From Polyangiales bacterium (GTDB lineage Bacteria; Myxococcota_A; Polyangia; Polyangiales; Houyiibacteriaceae): DNA of 64,000 nucleotides. This document shows, in pieces, positions 17,328 through 26,413 of this stretch. Made by a program: the position numbers and the translations under genes. The number at the start of each line of letters is the position of its first letter. The stretch's first letter is position 1. Where the stretch lies: positions 1,264 through 65,263 of the forward strand of contig JBATTM010000416.1 of the NCBI GenBank assembly GCA_049670545.1, given 5' to 3'. The notes under the pieces are model-generated. The model made no database searches. It was not told the origin of the DNA and saw nothing but the letters and a program-made list of their open reading frames with translations.

Positions 17328-19153
17328 GCTACTTGTCCTCCTTCGAGGTCTTCGAGCGACGCGTTCGCGATCGCCGCCAGCTCGGCGGGCGGCTCGGGTC
17401 GTTGCACCTTCTCGACCTGCATCTCTCCGTTCAAGCCCTTGCGGGACACGATGTTGAACTGCGCGCATTCCTCTCGCTCACCTTCGAAATCGAGCCTCGT
17501 GTGCGCGCCCCGGCTTTCCTCGCGAAGGTACGCGGCGCGCGCAACCGCCTCCCCGACGATCAGCATCGACTGAACGGAAAGGGCTTCGTGCCACCCCGGA
17601 TTGTATTGGCTGGCGCCGAGGGCCTTGAGGTTCTTGGCCCGCCCTTTGAGGACGCCGAGCTGTTCCACGGCGGTTTCGAGTTCTGATCCGGTGCGGACGA
17701 TGCCCACGTTGTCGCTCATCACCTCCTGGATCGCTTCATGGAGCAAATACGGATTCTCGCCGGACTCGCGATTCAGGATGTCTGTGGCGTCGCGGTAGGC
17801 CCCGGTAATCTGCTCGTCGTCGGCACGCGGGGTGGATGGAAGAGCGCCGACATAGTTGGCGACGCCCTCGCCGGCGAGCTTTCCAAAGACGATGAGGTCC
17901 GACAACGAGTTGCCCCCGAGCCGGTTGGCACCGTGAAGCCCAGCCGCACACTCGCCGCATGCGAAGAGCCCTGGGACGTTGGTCTCCTGGGTGTCGGGAT
18001 CGACGCGAATGCCACCCATGAAATAGTGGAGCGTCGGCCCGACTTCCATTGGCGTCGCGGTGATGTCGACTTCGGCAAGCTCCTTGAATTGGTGATACAT
18101 CGAGGGGAGCTTCCGTCGGATGAAGTCAGCCGGGCGTCTCGACGCGATGTCGAGAAAGGCGCCTCCGTGCGGTGACCCGCGGCCCGCCTCGACCTCGGCG
18201 CGAATCGCACGCGCGACGACATCGCGCGTCAGAAGCTCTGGCGGGCGACGCGCACTCGGATCGTCGGGCCACCGATCGGCCTCCATGATCGTATCCGCCG
18301 TCTCGGGCGCGAAACGCTTGGGAATGTAGTTGAACATGAAGCGTTCGCCCTTGTTGTTCTTCAGGATCCCGCCGTCACCTCGAACACCCTCGGTCACCAA
18401 TGTCCCCCGCACGGATGGCGGCCACACCATGCCCGTCGGGTGAAACTGTGTGAATTCGAGGTCCATCAACTCGGCCCCCGCCTCGTAGGCGAGCGCGGCG
18501 CCATCGCCGGTGTATTCCCACGAGTTGCTGGTGACGAACCAAGCCTTGCCGCCGCCGCCAGTCGCCATGATCACCGCCGGCGCGCGGACCAACACGACGC
18601 GACCGGTGTCCCGCCAGTACGCCGCAACGCCCGCAATCCGCCCACCGTCTCGAAGCAATCGAAGGGCGGTGCATTCCATGTGGAAGTGGATACCCTGGTG
18701 CACCCCGTGATCTTGAAGCGTGCGGATCAGTTCGAGACCGGTGCGGTCGCCCACGTGCGCGAGTCGGGGATAGCGGTGGCCGCCGAAGTTGCGTTGGCTG
18801 ATCAAGCCGTCTGGCGTGCGGTCGAACACCGCGCCCCACTCCTCGAGCTCTCGCACCCGCTCCGGCGCCTGCTTGGCGTGCAGCTCGGCCATCCTCCACT
18901 GGTTCAAGAACTTGCCGCCGCGCATCGTGTCGCGAAAGTGGATTTTCCAATTGTCGCGGCGGTCGACATTGCCGAGAGAGGCGGCCATCCCGCCTTCCGC
19001 CATCACGGTGTGGGCCTTCCCGAGCAGACTCTTGGAGATCACTCCGGTGTTGAGCCCCCGCGCGCTGCATTCGATAGCAGCACGAAGCCCGGCGCCGCCC
19101 GCGCCGATCACGAGCACGTCGTGCTCAAAAGTCTGAATCTCGTTGACGTCCAT
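17324..19153 (-). CDS. sdhA: Succinate dehydrogenase / fumarate reductase flavoprotein subunit
   Basis: 609 aa. FAD-binding N-terminus HDVLVIGAGGAGLRAA, SLLGKAHTVMAEGG (covalent-FAD His region), and LFACGECAAGLHGANRLGGNSL. Confidence 0.93.
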   Translation of the reverse strand: MDVNEIQTFEHDVLVIGAGGAGLRAAIECSARGLNTGVISKSLLGKAHTVMAEGGMAASLGNVDRRDNWKIHFRDTMRGGKFLNQWRMAELHAKQAPERVRELEEWGAVFDRTPDGLISQRNFGGHRYPRLAHVGDRTGLELIRTLQDHGVHQGIHFHMECTALRLLRDGGRIAGVAAYWRDTGRVVLVRAPAVIMATGGGGKAWFVTSNSWEYTGDGAALAYEAGAELMDLEFTQFHPTGMVWPPSVRGTLVTEGVRGDGGILKNNKGERFMFNYIPKRFAPETADTIMEADRWPDDPSARRPPELLTRDVVARAIRAEVEAGRGSPHGGAFLDIASRRPADFIRRKLPSMYHQFKELAEVDITATPMEVGPTLHYFMGGIRVDPDTQETNVPGLFACGECAAGLHGANRLGGNSLSDLIVFGKLAGEGVANYVGALPSTPRADDEQITGAYRDATDILNRESGENPYLLHEAIQEVMSDNVGIVRTGSELETAVEQLGVLKGRAKNLKALGASQYNPGWHEALSVQSMLIVGEAVARAAYLREESRGAHTRLDFEGEREECAQFNIVSRKGLNGEMQVEKVQRPEPPAELAAIANASLEDLEGGQVA

Positions 19154-19159
19154 CGCTGC

Positions 19160-19993
19160 TCAGTTCGTCCAGGTGTTCAGGTCGGTGATCACGCCCATCG
19201 AGACCAGTCGCACGTACACATCGGTGAAACCCACCCAGAACAGGCTCATCCACGCGAAACGCATGTGCCGCTCGTTCAGCCAGGTCGACTTCTTCCACGC
19301 GCTGTATCGCAGCGTCTTCTCGCCGCACGACATGCAGTCGAACCCGCCGCCCACCAGATGGCGAAAGGCGTGACAGCCAAAGGTGTACCCCGCGAGAAGC
19401 GTGGCGTTGACCAAGAGAACGATAGTCCCGACGCCCACGCCGAACTCGCCATTCCGGAAGAATGCGATGAAGGCATCATAGTAGAGAATGAAGATGTAGA
19501 GGACGGCGAAGTAAAGCGCGTAGCGGTGGAGATTCTGAAAGATGAGCCATGCGGTTTCACCACGATAGGTGCGAGTCTCCGCCACGGGGTTGACCCCACA
19601 CGCCGGGGGCGAACCGGTGAACGCGCGGTAGTACGCCTTGCGGTAGTAGTAACAGGTGAAACGAAACGCCCCGGGGAAGAAGAGGATCAACAGCGCCGGC
19701 GAGACCGGAAGGAAGCTCGGCCACCAACTCGGCCACGCGCCAATCCAAGTGTGCGCGAGTGGGGCGGCGCCAGAGACAGCGGTGTCGCTCCACAACACCG
19801 GTGAGTAGAACGGGCTGAGATACGGGTCTGCGTAGTAGTGATCGCCCTGGAAAGCAGCCCAAGTCGCGTAGATTGCGAAGGCGCTCAGAGCCAAGAGGGT
19901 GGCAACGGGGCCCACCCACCAGCGATCGGTTCGAAGGGTGGCGGCTGGTCCCGAGGGGTAGCCGCCGACTACATTCAGCTGTCTGGTCGCCAT
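19160..19993 (-). CDS. sdhC: Succinate dehydrogenase single membrane-anchor (cytochrome b-like) subunit
   Basis: 277 aa, about 5-6 TM helices, several conserved His, sitting immediately upstream of sdhA. The three-gene anchor-flavoprotein-FeS order resembles single-anchor SDH/QFR types. Confidence 0.65.
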   Translation of the reverse strand: MATRQLNVVGGYPSGPAATLRTDRWWVGPVATLLALSAFAIYATWAAFQGDHYYADPYLSPFYSPVLWSDTAVSGAAPLAHTWIGAWPSWWPSFLPVSPALLILFFPGAFRFTCYYYRKAYYRAFTGSPPACGVNPVAETRTYRGETAWLIFQNLHRYALYFAVLYIFILYYDAFIAFFRNGEFGVGVGTIVLLVNATLLAGYTFGCHAFRHLVGGGFDCMSCGEKTLRYSAWKKSTWLNERHMRFAWMSLFWVGFTDVYVRLVSMGVITDLNTWTN

Positions 19994-20072
19994 GAGTTCG
20001 GCGGACTATACCGAAAGCGAAGAGCCGCGAACAAGAGTTTCGATTCAAATGACTGGCCACGACATCGAAACG

Positions 20073-21056
20073 ATGACCACGCTCGTGTTGACCCGGAAAG
20101 AGGTCGAAGCGGTGGCGACCGTTGCGCTTGCTGTCGATGCCGTAGAGGACGCGTTCGCCGCATTCGGACGCGGCGACGCCACGATGCCTCCGAAGATCTA
20201 CCTTGGTATGGACGACTCGCAGGGGGACTTTCGCGCCATGCCCGCGCGCCTCGGCGACGCGGCCGGCATCAAGTGGGTGAACGTACACCCGAGGAACCGC
20301 ACGCAGAATGCGCTCCCGACGGTCATGGGAACGTATGTGTTGAACGACCCCGCGACAGGGTTTCCCTTGGCGGTCATGGATGGCACGTTTCTCACCGCAC
20401 TACGCACGGGTGCCGCTGGCGCCGTCGCCTCGAGGTTTCTCGCTGGTGCGGCCCCCTCGACGGTGGCGTTCATCGGTGCAGGGGTGCAGGCGAGGATGTT
20501 GCACGACGCCCACCGCATTGTGTTTCCAGATTTTTCTGCGCTCATCCACGATCGAGACCCGAAAGCAGCAGCCACGCTCGCGGCCGAGACCGGAGGCCGC
20601 GTGGTCGACCTCGAACACGCCGCGGGCGCGGACATCGTATGCACGGCAACCCCCTCGACAGAACCCATCGTTGTGAGCGATTGGGTGCGTCCAGGCGCGC
20701 ACATCAACGCGATGGGAGCCGACGCACCAGGCAAGCAGGAGCTCGATGTCGCCCTTTTGGAGATTTCCGCGGTCTACGTAGATGACCTCCACCAGGCGAC
20801 CCGGAGCGGCGAGATCAACGTACCGGTGACGCAAGGCGCGTTTCGCATCGAGGAGCTCGCGGGTACGCTTGGCGCCGTGGTTGCGGGTATCGACCCTGCG
20901 CCAAAGCGAGGCGCGACCACCGTGTTCGACTCGACCGGACTCGCGATCCAAGACGTCGCACTCGCGCACCGCATCTACCAAGCAGCCGTCCGAAAAGGAG
21001 CTGGGTCCTCGATCGACCTCCTCGGGCTCCGAGAGCCCGAGTTCGCGAAGAACTAG
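20073..21056 (+). CDS. Ornithine cyclodeaminase / mu-crystallin family protein
   Basis: MTTLVLTRKEVEAV..., Rossmann segment TVAFIGAGVQARM, and C-terminal TVFDSTGLAIQDVALA. Start uncertain: in-frame candidates at 19992, 20049 and 20073. Confidence 0.8.
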   Translation: MTTLVLTRKEVEAVATVALAVDAVEDAFAAFGRGDATMPPKIYLGMDDSQGDFRAMPARLGDAAGIKWVNVHPRNRTQNALPTVMGTYVLNDPATGFPLAVMDGTFLTALRTGAAGAVASRFLAGAAPSTVAFIGAGVQARMLHDAHRIVFPDFSALIHDRDPKAAATLAAETGGRVVDLEHAAGADIVCTATPSTEPIVVSDWVRPGAHINAMGADAPGKQELDVALLEISAVYVDDLHQATRSGEINVPVTQGAFRIEELAGTLGAVVAGIDPAPKRGATTVFDSTGLAIQDVALAHRIYQAAVRKGAGSSIDLLGLREPEFAKN

Positions 21057-21069
21057 AGTGAGATACGCT

Positions 21070-22506
21070 CTAGGTCAACCGCGGAAGCGGCCCGTTCAGC
21101 GAGATCGTACTCGAGGCGAACTGCACTTGGTTCAGACCAAAAGACTGTCGATTCGTCATGCCCATGGCGTGCATCAGATTGACGAACAGGCGCTCCTGCG
21201 CGAACCCGATGTCGTGGTTCGACGAATAGGAAACGTCGATTGAGTTGTCTTGGGCGTAGTGCACGTAGCGCCCGGGTCGGAAGTACCCTCCGCCTCCGCC
21301 TGCGACCACGACTGGCGTGCGTTCGAGGCGGTGTCCGCCTGTTGCCAGTTCGCTGAGCCACACGACGGCAGTGTTGTCGAGCAGGGTCCCAGACCCTTCC
21401 TGAACACCGTCGAGCTGGTCCAGGAGATACGCGAAGTGCTCCGCGTACACCCGGTTGTAGTTGACCATCCCCTCGATGCCGGCGGTCGTGCCATCGTTCT
21501 CATCCGAGGCGTGAGCGATGTCCTGATGCATGTCGACGCCCGGCGCGAGTCCGAACTCACTCCCTGGGATGTTCTGCGTAACCAGCGTCACCACCCGTGT
21601 GAGATCACAAGCCAGCGAGAGCGTGGTCAGGCGTGAGAACTGGTCGATGACGTGACCCTGCGACGTGAACGTCGGATCGCAGCCCGAGATGGCGGGTGCG
21701 GGCATGCTCAACCCGAGTTCGAGATCGCGCACGAGGCTTCGGTGTCGCTCGAGCTTCTCTCGATCATCGGGGTCCAGCCGTGGCAAGACCGACGCAAACT
21801 CCTCAGCCGCCATGTCGAGGGCGCTCGCCCGCGCCGAACGAATCATATCCGTGCGCGAGGGCGCGGCCCCTGGATCGGACGGCTCTGGGGCAAGTCCGAG
21901 AATGTCGTTGAACGCGGTCTGCGGGTTCTGCTCCCTAGGCGATGGCTCGTTGCTGCCGAGGTAGCTGTATGCATGCTGGTGGTTGAATCCGTAAACGCGA
22001 CTGTTCCATCGACCGGGGACCCCCACCGTGTTCCCGATTTCCTGGTCGATGGAACGTGCCCCACCCCGTGCCGTCGAGGCACCCTGAAAGGCCCATGTGC
22101 TGGTCAGAAGGTGCGCCTGCGCGATATGGTGTCGGTTGACGTCGCCGCTAAAGCCTTCTTGGGCCACGCGGTACTCTTCGGCGAACGTTACGCCACGAGC
22201 AAGCCCATCGAGGATCAACAGTTTCTCGCGGTGACGATGAAGCGGCTTCAGAATATCGCTGAATTGGTTTTCACCCATTCCGCCGAGAGAGAAATCATAC
22301 TCCTCGCGATCCCGACCCGATTGCTTCATCGTCCAGCGGCCGGGCACGGTGCCGTGGGGCGTGATGAAGAACACGACGCGCGCGGGCATCGAGGACTGCG
22401 CTCGTGCGGAGCCGAACGGGAGCGACGGAAGGTAGAGAGAACCCGCCCCAAGGCCGAGAGCGGTCAGAAAGCGACGACGGTCGAGAATCATGGGTGCGCG
22501 ACTCAT
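21070..22506 (-). CDS. DUF1552-family protein with Tat-type signal
   Basis: Start MSRAPMILDRRRFLTALGLGAGSLYLPSL (twin-arginine signal) overlaps the upstream stop (ATGA at 22503-22506). It pairs with a DUF1592-type gene as in planctomycete and myxobacterial loci. The 642-aa track ORF is an N-terminal over-extension. Confidence 0.65.
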   Translation of the reverse strand: MSRAPMILDRRRFLTALGLGAGSLYLPSLPFGSARAQSSMPARVVFFITPHGTVPGRWTMKQSGRDREEYDFSLGGMGENQFSDILKPLHRHREKLLILDGLARGVTFAEEYRVAQEGFSGDVNRHHIAQAHLLTSTWAFQGASTARGGARSIDQEIGNTVGVPGRWNSRVYGFNHQHAYSYLGSNEPSPREQNPQTAFNDILGLAPEPSDPGAAPSRTDMIRSARASALDMAAEEFASVLPRLDPDDREKLERHRSLVRDLELGLSMPAPAISGCDPTFTSQGHVIDQFSRLTTLSLACDLTRVVTLVTQNIPGSEFGLAPGVDMHQDIAHASDENDGTTAGIEGMVNYNRVYAEHFAYLLDQLDGVQEGSGTLLDNTAVVWLSELATGGHRLERTPVVVAGGGGGYFRPGRYVHYAQDNSIDVSYSSNHDIGFAQERLFVNLMHAMGMTNRQSFGLNQVQFASSTISLNGPLPRLT

Positions 22507-24203
22507 CCGTTGTCTCCCGCAGTGCGAAGTCGAAACTCGGGACGCGTGACGAGGTCCACCAAGAGCTCGATGATGTTGCCGCCGTTGTCCTCGAACGCCC
22601 GTTGAAGAGCTTCGACTTGGCACGTGTCGGCGGGCTCCATGGGGCGCCCGTACGCATAGGTGAACCATTGTCGAACCACGCAATCGTGAACGACCGGGCT
22701 CTCGGCGAGCAGCGATTGAAGCTCGACTGCGCCTTCGTATTCGCCGTCGTTCTCGATTCCGGCGGCGAAGCCGGTCGCGTCGACCGGAAACCCATTGTCG
22801 ACCGTACGAAACTGACCTGCAGCGTCGTATTCTTCGAAGCCGTAGCCGAACCCGTCGATGCGTACGTGGCAGGTCTGACAGTCGGAGGGCGCGACTCGCT
22901 CCTCGAAGAGCTCCCGATTGGTCTTCGGGCCCGTGTTGGGATCCTGCGCCGGTGGGGAGATGTCCGCGTCGGCGGGCGGAGACTGACGGGGTTCGCACAG
23001 GATCCGGTCCATCACGAAGACCCCGCGAAGGGGGGGCGACCCGTTGGCGTCGTGCGCGTTACCCGCCAAGAACGCGAGTCGACTCAGAATCCCACCGCGC
23101 TCTGCTGGATTGAGTTCAACTTCGCCCCACGGTCCAACTGGCGCGTTGACCCCGTAAAGCTGAGCCGTCACGTCATCGACGTAAGCAACTGTGCTGGTGA
23201 GCAGGTCCGAAACCGTGCCGCCAGCAAGGACCGTGTTCTCCAAGAATCGCAGGGATTCTTCGCGAACGGACTGCTTGGCAGCATCGCCCCAGAGCGGGAA
23301 TTCATCCGGCAGCTTGTCCTCACCGAGGACACGGTCGAGATAGAGCCACTGTCGGTGGAAGTTGCGCACGGTGTTCCGTGCTCGGTCGTCCGCGAGCATC
23401 CGGCGTGCTTGCGCCTCGAGTTGCTCTGAGGTCTGGAGCGCGTCGGCCTCCGCCGCGTCGAGGAGCTGATCGTCCGGCATGCTCTCCCACAAGAAATAGG
23501 AGAGTCGGTTCGCGACCTCATACGCATCGATCTCGATCTGGCCGGGATCGCCTGAAGTCCCTCGGTCTTCGAGGCGGTAGAGAAACTGAGGAGACTGCAG
23601 CATCGCGGCGACGGTGAGCTGAAGGGCGGCATCGAAGTCGATATCGATGCGTCTGTCCTCGAAGAACGAAGCCCACCGATCGGTTTCGTCCGCGGTCAGC
23701 GGTCGCCGGAAGGCTCGCCTGCCGAACCTCTCGACGAATTCGCGTCCACATGCGGACCCGCCCCCGTTGGGATCGCATGGCAGGATCCGCGCGCGAACCT
23801 CTCCGTTGTTCGCCGCGTGCTCGCCGAGATCCAAGGCGGCGGTTTCGTAACGCGTGATGCGCACGTCGGACGGACCGAGCGAAGTCGCATCGTTTTCAAA
23901 GCTTCCTTCGAGCACCGCGTCACTCGGTTGCTCCGGAAGCGGCGGCATTGCACCGCCGAGTAAGTCACGAACCGTGTTGTCGTACTCCACGTTCGTGAGG
24001 CGACGAACTGGCGCTGTGCCCAGCTCGATCGCGTCCGGATTCTCGCAGATGAATTGTTCCTGCGAACGCCCGGGTCCCCCTGGGCCGTTGGGGTCACTTC
24101 CAACCCCTGCCCCACCAATGACACCCTCACACCCCATCAGCACCAGAAGGGCGCAGAAACACAGCGCTTTCGTTCCCCTCACACACATCCCACCCTGGTG
24201 CAT
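22503..24203 (-). CDS. DUF1592/DUF1588/DUF1585-family protein with a CXXCH heme-like motif
   Basis: 566 aa. Lipoprotein-like signal MCVRGTKALCFCALLVLMGC. C-terminal SDCQTCHVRIDGFGYGFEEYDAAGQFR is typical of this family. Confidence 0.6.
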   Translation of the reverse strand: MHQGGMCVRGTKALCFCALLVLMGCEGVIGGAGVGSDPNGPGGPGRSQEQFICENPDAIELGTAPVRRLTNVEYDNTVRDLLGGAMPPLPEQPSDAVLEGSFENDATSLGPSDVRITRYETAALDLGEHAANNGEVRARILPCDPNGGGSACGREFVERFGRRAFRRPLTADETDRWASFFEDRRIDIDFDAALQLTVAAMLQSPQFLYRLEDRGTSGDPGQIEIDAYEVANRLSYFLWESMPDDQLLDAAEADALQTSEQLEAQARRMLADDRARNTVRNFHRQWLYLDRVLGEDKLPDEFPLWGDAAKQSVREESLRFLENTVLAGGTVSDLLTSTVAYVDDVTAQLYGVNAPVGPWGEVELNPAERGGILSRLAFLAGNAHDANGSPPLRGVFVMDRILCEPRQSPPADADISPPAQDPNTGPKTNRELFEERVAPSDCQTCHVRIDGFGYGFEEYDAAGQFRTVDNGFPVDATGFAAGIENDGEYEGAVELQSLLAESPVVHDCVVRQWFTYAYGRPMEPADTCQVEALQRAFEDNGGNIIELLVDLVTRPEFRLRTAGDNG

Positions 24204-24361
24204 AGAGGATCAGTATTGCGACGCGCATGCTCCCAAGACCACTCCTCAAGGGTTAAGTTTAGGGGTTAAAATCTTTACAATTGCTAAATATTTCACCCGG
24301 TTAGGCCAAAAGTAAAAAATTGTAGTAGATTTCAAGGGATTGCGTACCTTCGTACCCCTGC

Positions 24362-25405
24362 GTGAAACAGGGAACCCGACCGGGAGCCGACTACTCTGGC
24401 CGCGTGCGCAACTGGACGATCGGGGTCGTGGCCGCGTGCTGCATGTGGTCGGTGCTGAGCTTCGGGCAGGCCCCCGCCACGAGTTTCCTAGGCGAGCCCG
24501 ACGCGCCCCGGATCGCCGCTCTGCGCGAGGGGACCATCGCAAGCGTGAAAAAGGGGAAAGGCGGACGCAGCCTCGCCTTCAAGATCACCTTGGACAACGG
24601 CGTCGAGGGCTACTTCAAACCCACGCAGCGCTTCTCGGCCGCCCACTGGTATTCGGAGCTCGCCGCATACTACCTGGATCGCGAGCTCGGTTTCGGGCGG
24701 GTCCCTCCGACCACGGGGCGCGCGTTCCAGTGGGAACAACTCCGCCGGGCCGCCGGCGCTGACAAGCGGGTCGATGAGCTTCAGCACGCGAAGCACGGAC
24801 AGATCACGGGCGCCTTCATCTGGTGGATCCCCGAGCCATTGAAACGCCTGCGACTCGGACGAGGATGGGAGCGCTGGGTCCGCGTTCAGGCGACGCTTCC
24901 GATCACGCCCTATCAACGCCCTGTCGATTACCGCGCCGACCTTCGAGGATCGCCCGGCGTACGGGAAGCGACCGATCCGAGCCGGCCGACCGCCGGTGCG
25001 CCCCCAACGCCAATGCGCCCGGCCGAACTCTCCGATCTCATCGTCTTCGACTACCTGACCCAAAACGTCGATCGATGGGGAGGCGACTTCACGAACGTTC
25101 GGACCCGCGGTTCAGGCGGTCCGCTCATCTATCTCGACAACGGAGCCGGATTCTGGCTTGGCGATCAGCGGCTCGGGCTGATGGAGGCTCGGTTGAGAGC
25201 CGTCCAGCGTTTCCGGCGCGCGACCGTCGAGGCCGTCCGCAACCTCGACATCGAACGCTTCGCCGCGCGTCTCGCAACGGATCCCCTCGCCCCCATTCTC
25301 AACGAAAAACAGCTCGACGGGCTGCGGCAGCGACAAGCCGCGTTTCTCACGCACGTCGATCGAATGATCGCACGCTTCGGTGAGCCGCAAGTGCTTGCGT
25401 GGTAA
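24362..25405 (+). CDS. Secreted FAM20-like (Golgi casein kinase-like) protein kinase homolog
   Basis: GTG start and signal-like TIGVVAACCMWSVLSFGQA. Ordered motifs GYFKPTQ, ELAAYYLDRELGFGRVPPTTGR, FDYLTQNVDRWGG and IYLDNGAGFW parallel FAM20C motifs (FKPM, EIAAFHLDRILGFRRVPP, FDFLIGNMDRHHYE, HLDNGRGFG; recalled from memory). Confidence 0.6.
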   Translation: MKQGTRPGADYSGRVRNWTIGVVAACCMWSVLSFGQAPATSFLGEPDAPRIAALREGTIASVKKGKGGRSLAFKITLDNGVEGYFKPTQRFSAAHWYSELAAYYLDRELGFGRVPPTTGRAFQWEQLRRAAGADKRVDELQHAKHGQITGAFIWWIPEPLKRLRLGRGWERWVRVQATLPITPYQRPVDYRADLRGSPGVREATDPSRPTAGAPPTPMRPAELSDLIVFDYLTQNVDRWGGDFTNVRTRGSGGPLIYLDNGAGFWLGDQRLGLMEARLRAVQRFRRATVEAVRNLDIERFAARLATDPLAPILNEKQLDGLRQRQAAFLTHVDRMIARFGEPQVLAW

Positions 25406-25414
25406 AGTCCCGCG

Positions 25415-26413
25415 ATGAGGGGGCGGCTTCGCATTCCAGCCGAGTGGGAACGCCATGCATGCGTGTGGCTCGCCTTTCCCCACGTGGGCGCGGAGTGGCC
25501 GAGCGGCCTCACGGGACCGCAGCGTTCGATCGCCGAACTCGCCCGTACAATCGCGGAGGTAGGCGCTGAGCCCGTGCGGCTGCTCGTCACCGATGGCGCC
25601 CACGAGGACAGGGCCCGTCGGTGGGTCGGTGAGGTGGACGGGGTCGAGTACGTCACCGCGCAGTACGGCGACTGCTGGACTCGCGACACGCTGCCGCTGT
25701 TCGGCGTCACGGATGAGGGAGAGCTCGGCGCCGCGCGGTTTCAGTTCAACGGGTGGGGCGGCAAGTTTCCGATTCCGGGCGACGACACGGTCGGGAGAGA
25801 CGTTGCGATGCGCGCCGACGCCGTAGATCGACCGATCGCGATGTGTCTCGAGGGTGGGGCGCTCGATTTCAACGGCGATGGCATATGCCTGACGACGAGG
25901 TCATGTCTCTTGAACTCCAACCGCAATCCTGGGCTCACCGAACGGCAGGCCGCCGAAGCACTGCGCACCACCTTCGAGGCCGACTCGATCATTTGGCTGA
26001 CCCGGGGCCTCGAACACGACCACACCGATGGTCACGTCGACAACGTCGCCCGGTTCATCAACGCCGATACCGTCGCAGTCACCGAGGCCCCCCCCGGTGG
26101 CCCGAACCTCGAGACGCTGCAGCGGGTCATGCGCGAGCTCGAGGACGCCGGACTCCGCGTCTTCCCGCTTCCGTCCCCCGGGCGCATCCTCGCCGACGAC
26201 GGATCTCCGCTTCCCGCGACCTACTGCAACTTCTACGTCGCGAACGACGCCGTGATCTTCCCGTCCTATGGCGTCGCGCAGGACGAAGAGGCAGCCGCGC
26301 GCCTCCGAGACGCCTTTCCGAACCGAACCGTGGTGGGTCTCAGCGCGAAGGGCTTGCTCTCGGGCGGGGGCGCGATTCATTGTGTCACCCAGCCTCAGCC
26401 TTGGTTGCCATGA
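25415..26413 (+). CDS. aguA: Agmatine deiminase
   Basis: RIPAEWERHACVWLAFPH, DCWTRDTLP, CNFYVANDAVIFPSYG, and C-terminal GGGAIHCVTQ (catalytic Cys). Confidence 0.88.
   Translation: MRGRLRIPAEWERHACVWLAFPHVGAEWPSGLTGPQRSIAELARTIAEVGAEPVRLLVTDGAHEDRARRWVGEVDGVEYVTAQYGDCWTRDTLPLFGVTDEGELGAARFQFNGWGGKFPIPGDDTVGRDVAMRADAVDRPIAMCLEGGALDFNGDGICLTTRSCLLNSNRNPGLTERQAAEALRTTFEADSIIWLTRGLEHDHTDGHVDNVARFINADTVAVTEAPPGGPNLETLQRVMRELEDAGLRVFPLPSPGRILADDGSPLPATYCNFYVANDAVIFPSYGVAQDEEAAARLRDAFPNRTVVGLSAKGLLSGGGAIHCVTQPQPWLP

Noticed and set aside
18440-19804. 454-aa plus-strand ORF across sdhA/sdhC; similar case at 16419-17573 across sdhB
   Set aside because: It is antisense to unambiguous succinate dehydrogenase genes. 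This is a high-GC antisense artefact.
25753-26409. N-terminal 219 aa of the 506-aa ORF containing aguB
   Set aside because: It overlaps aguA in another frame with an Arg-rich nonsense-like sequence. The conserved CN-hydrolase sequence begins at ATG 26410, which overlaps the aguA stop.
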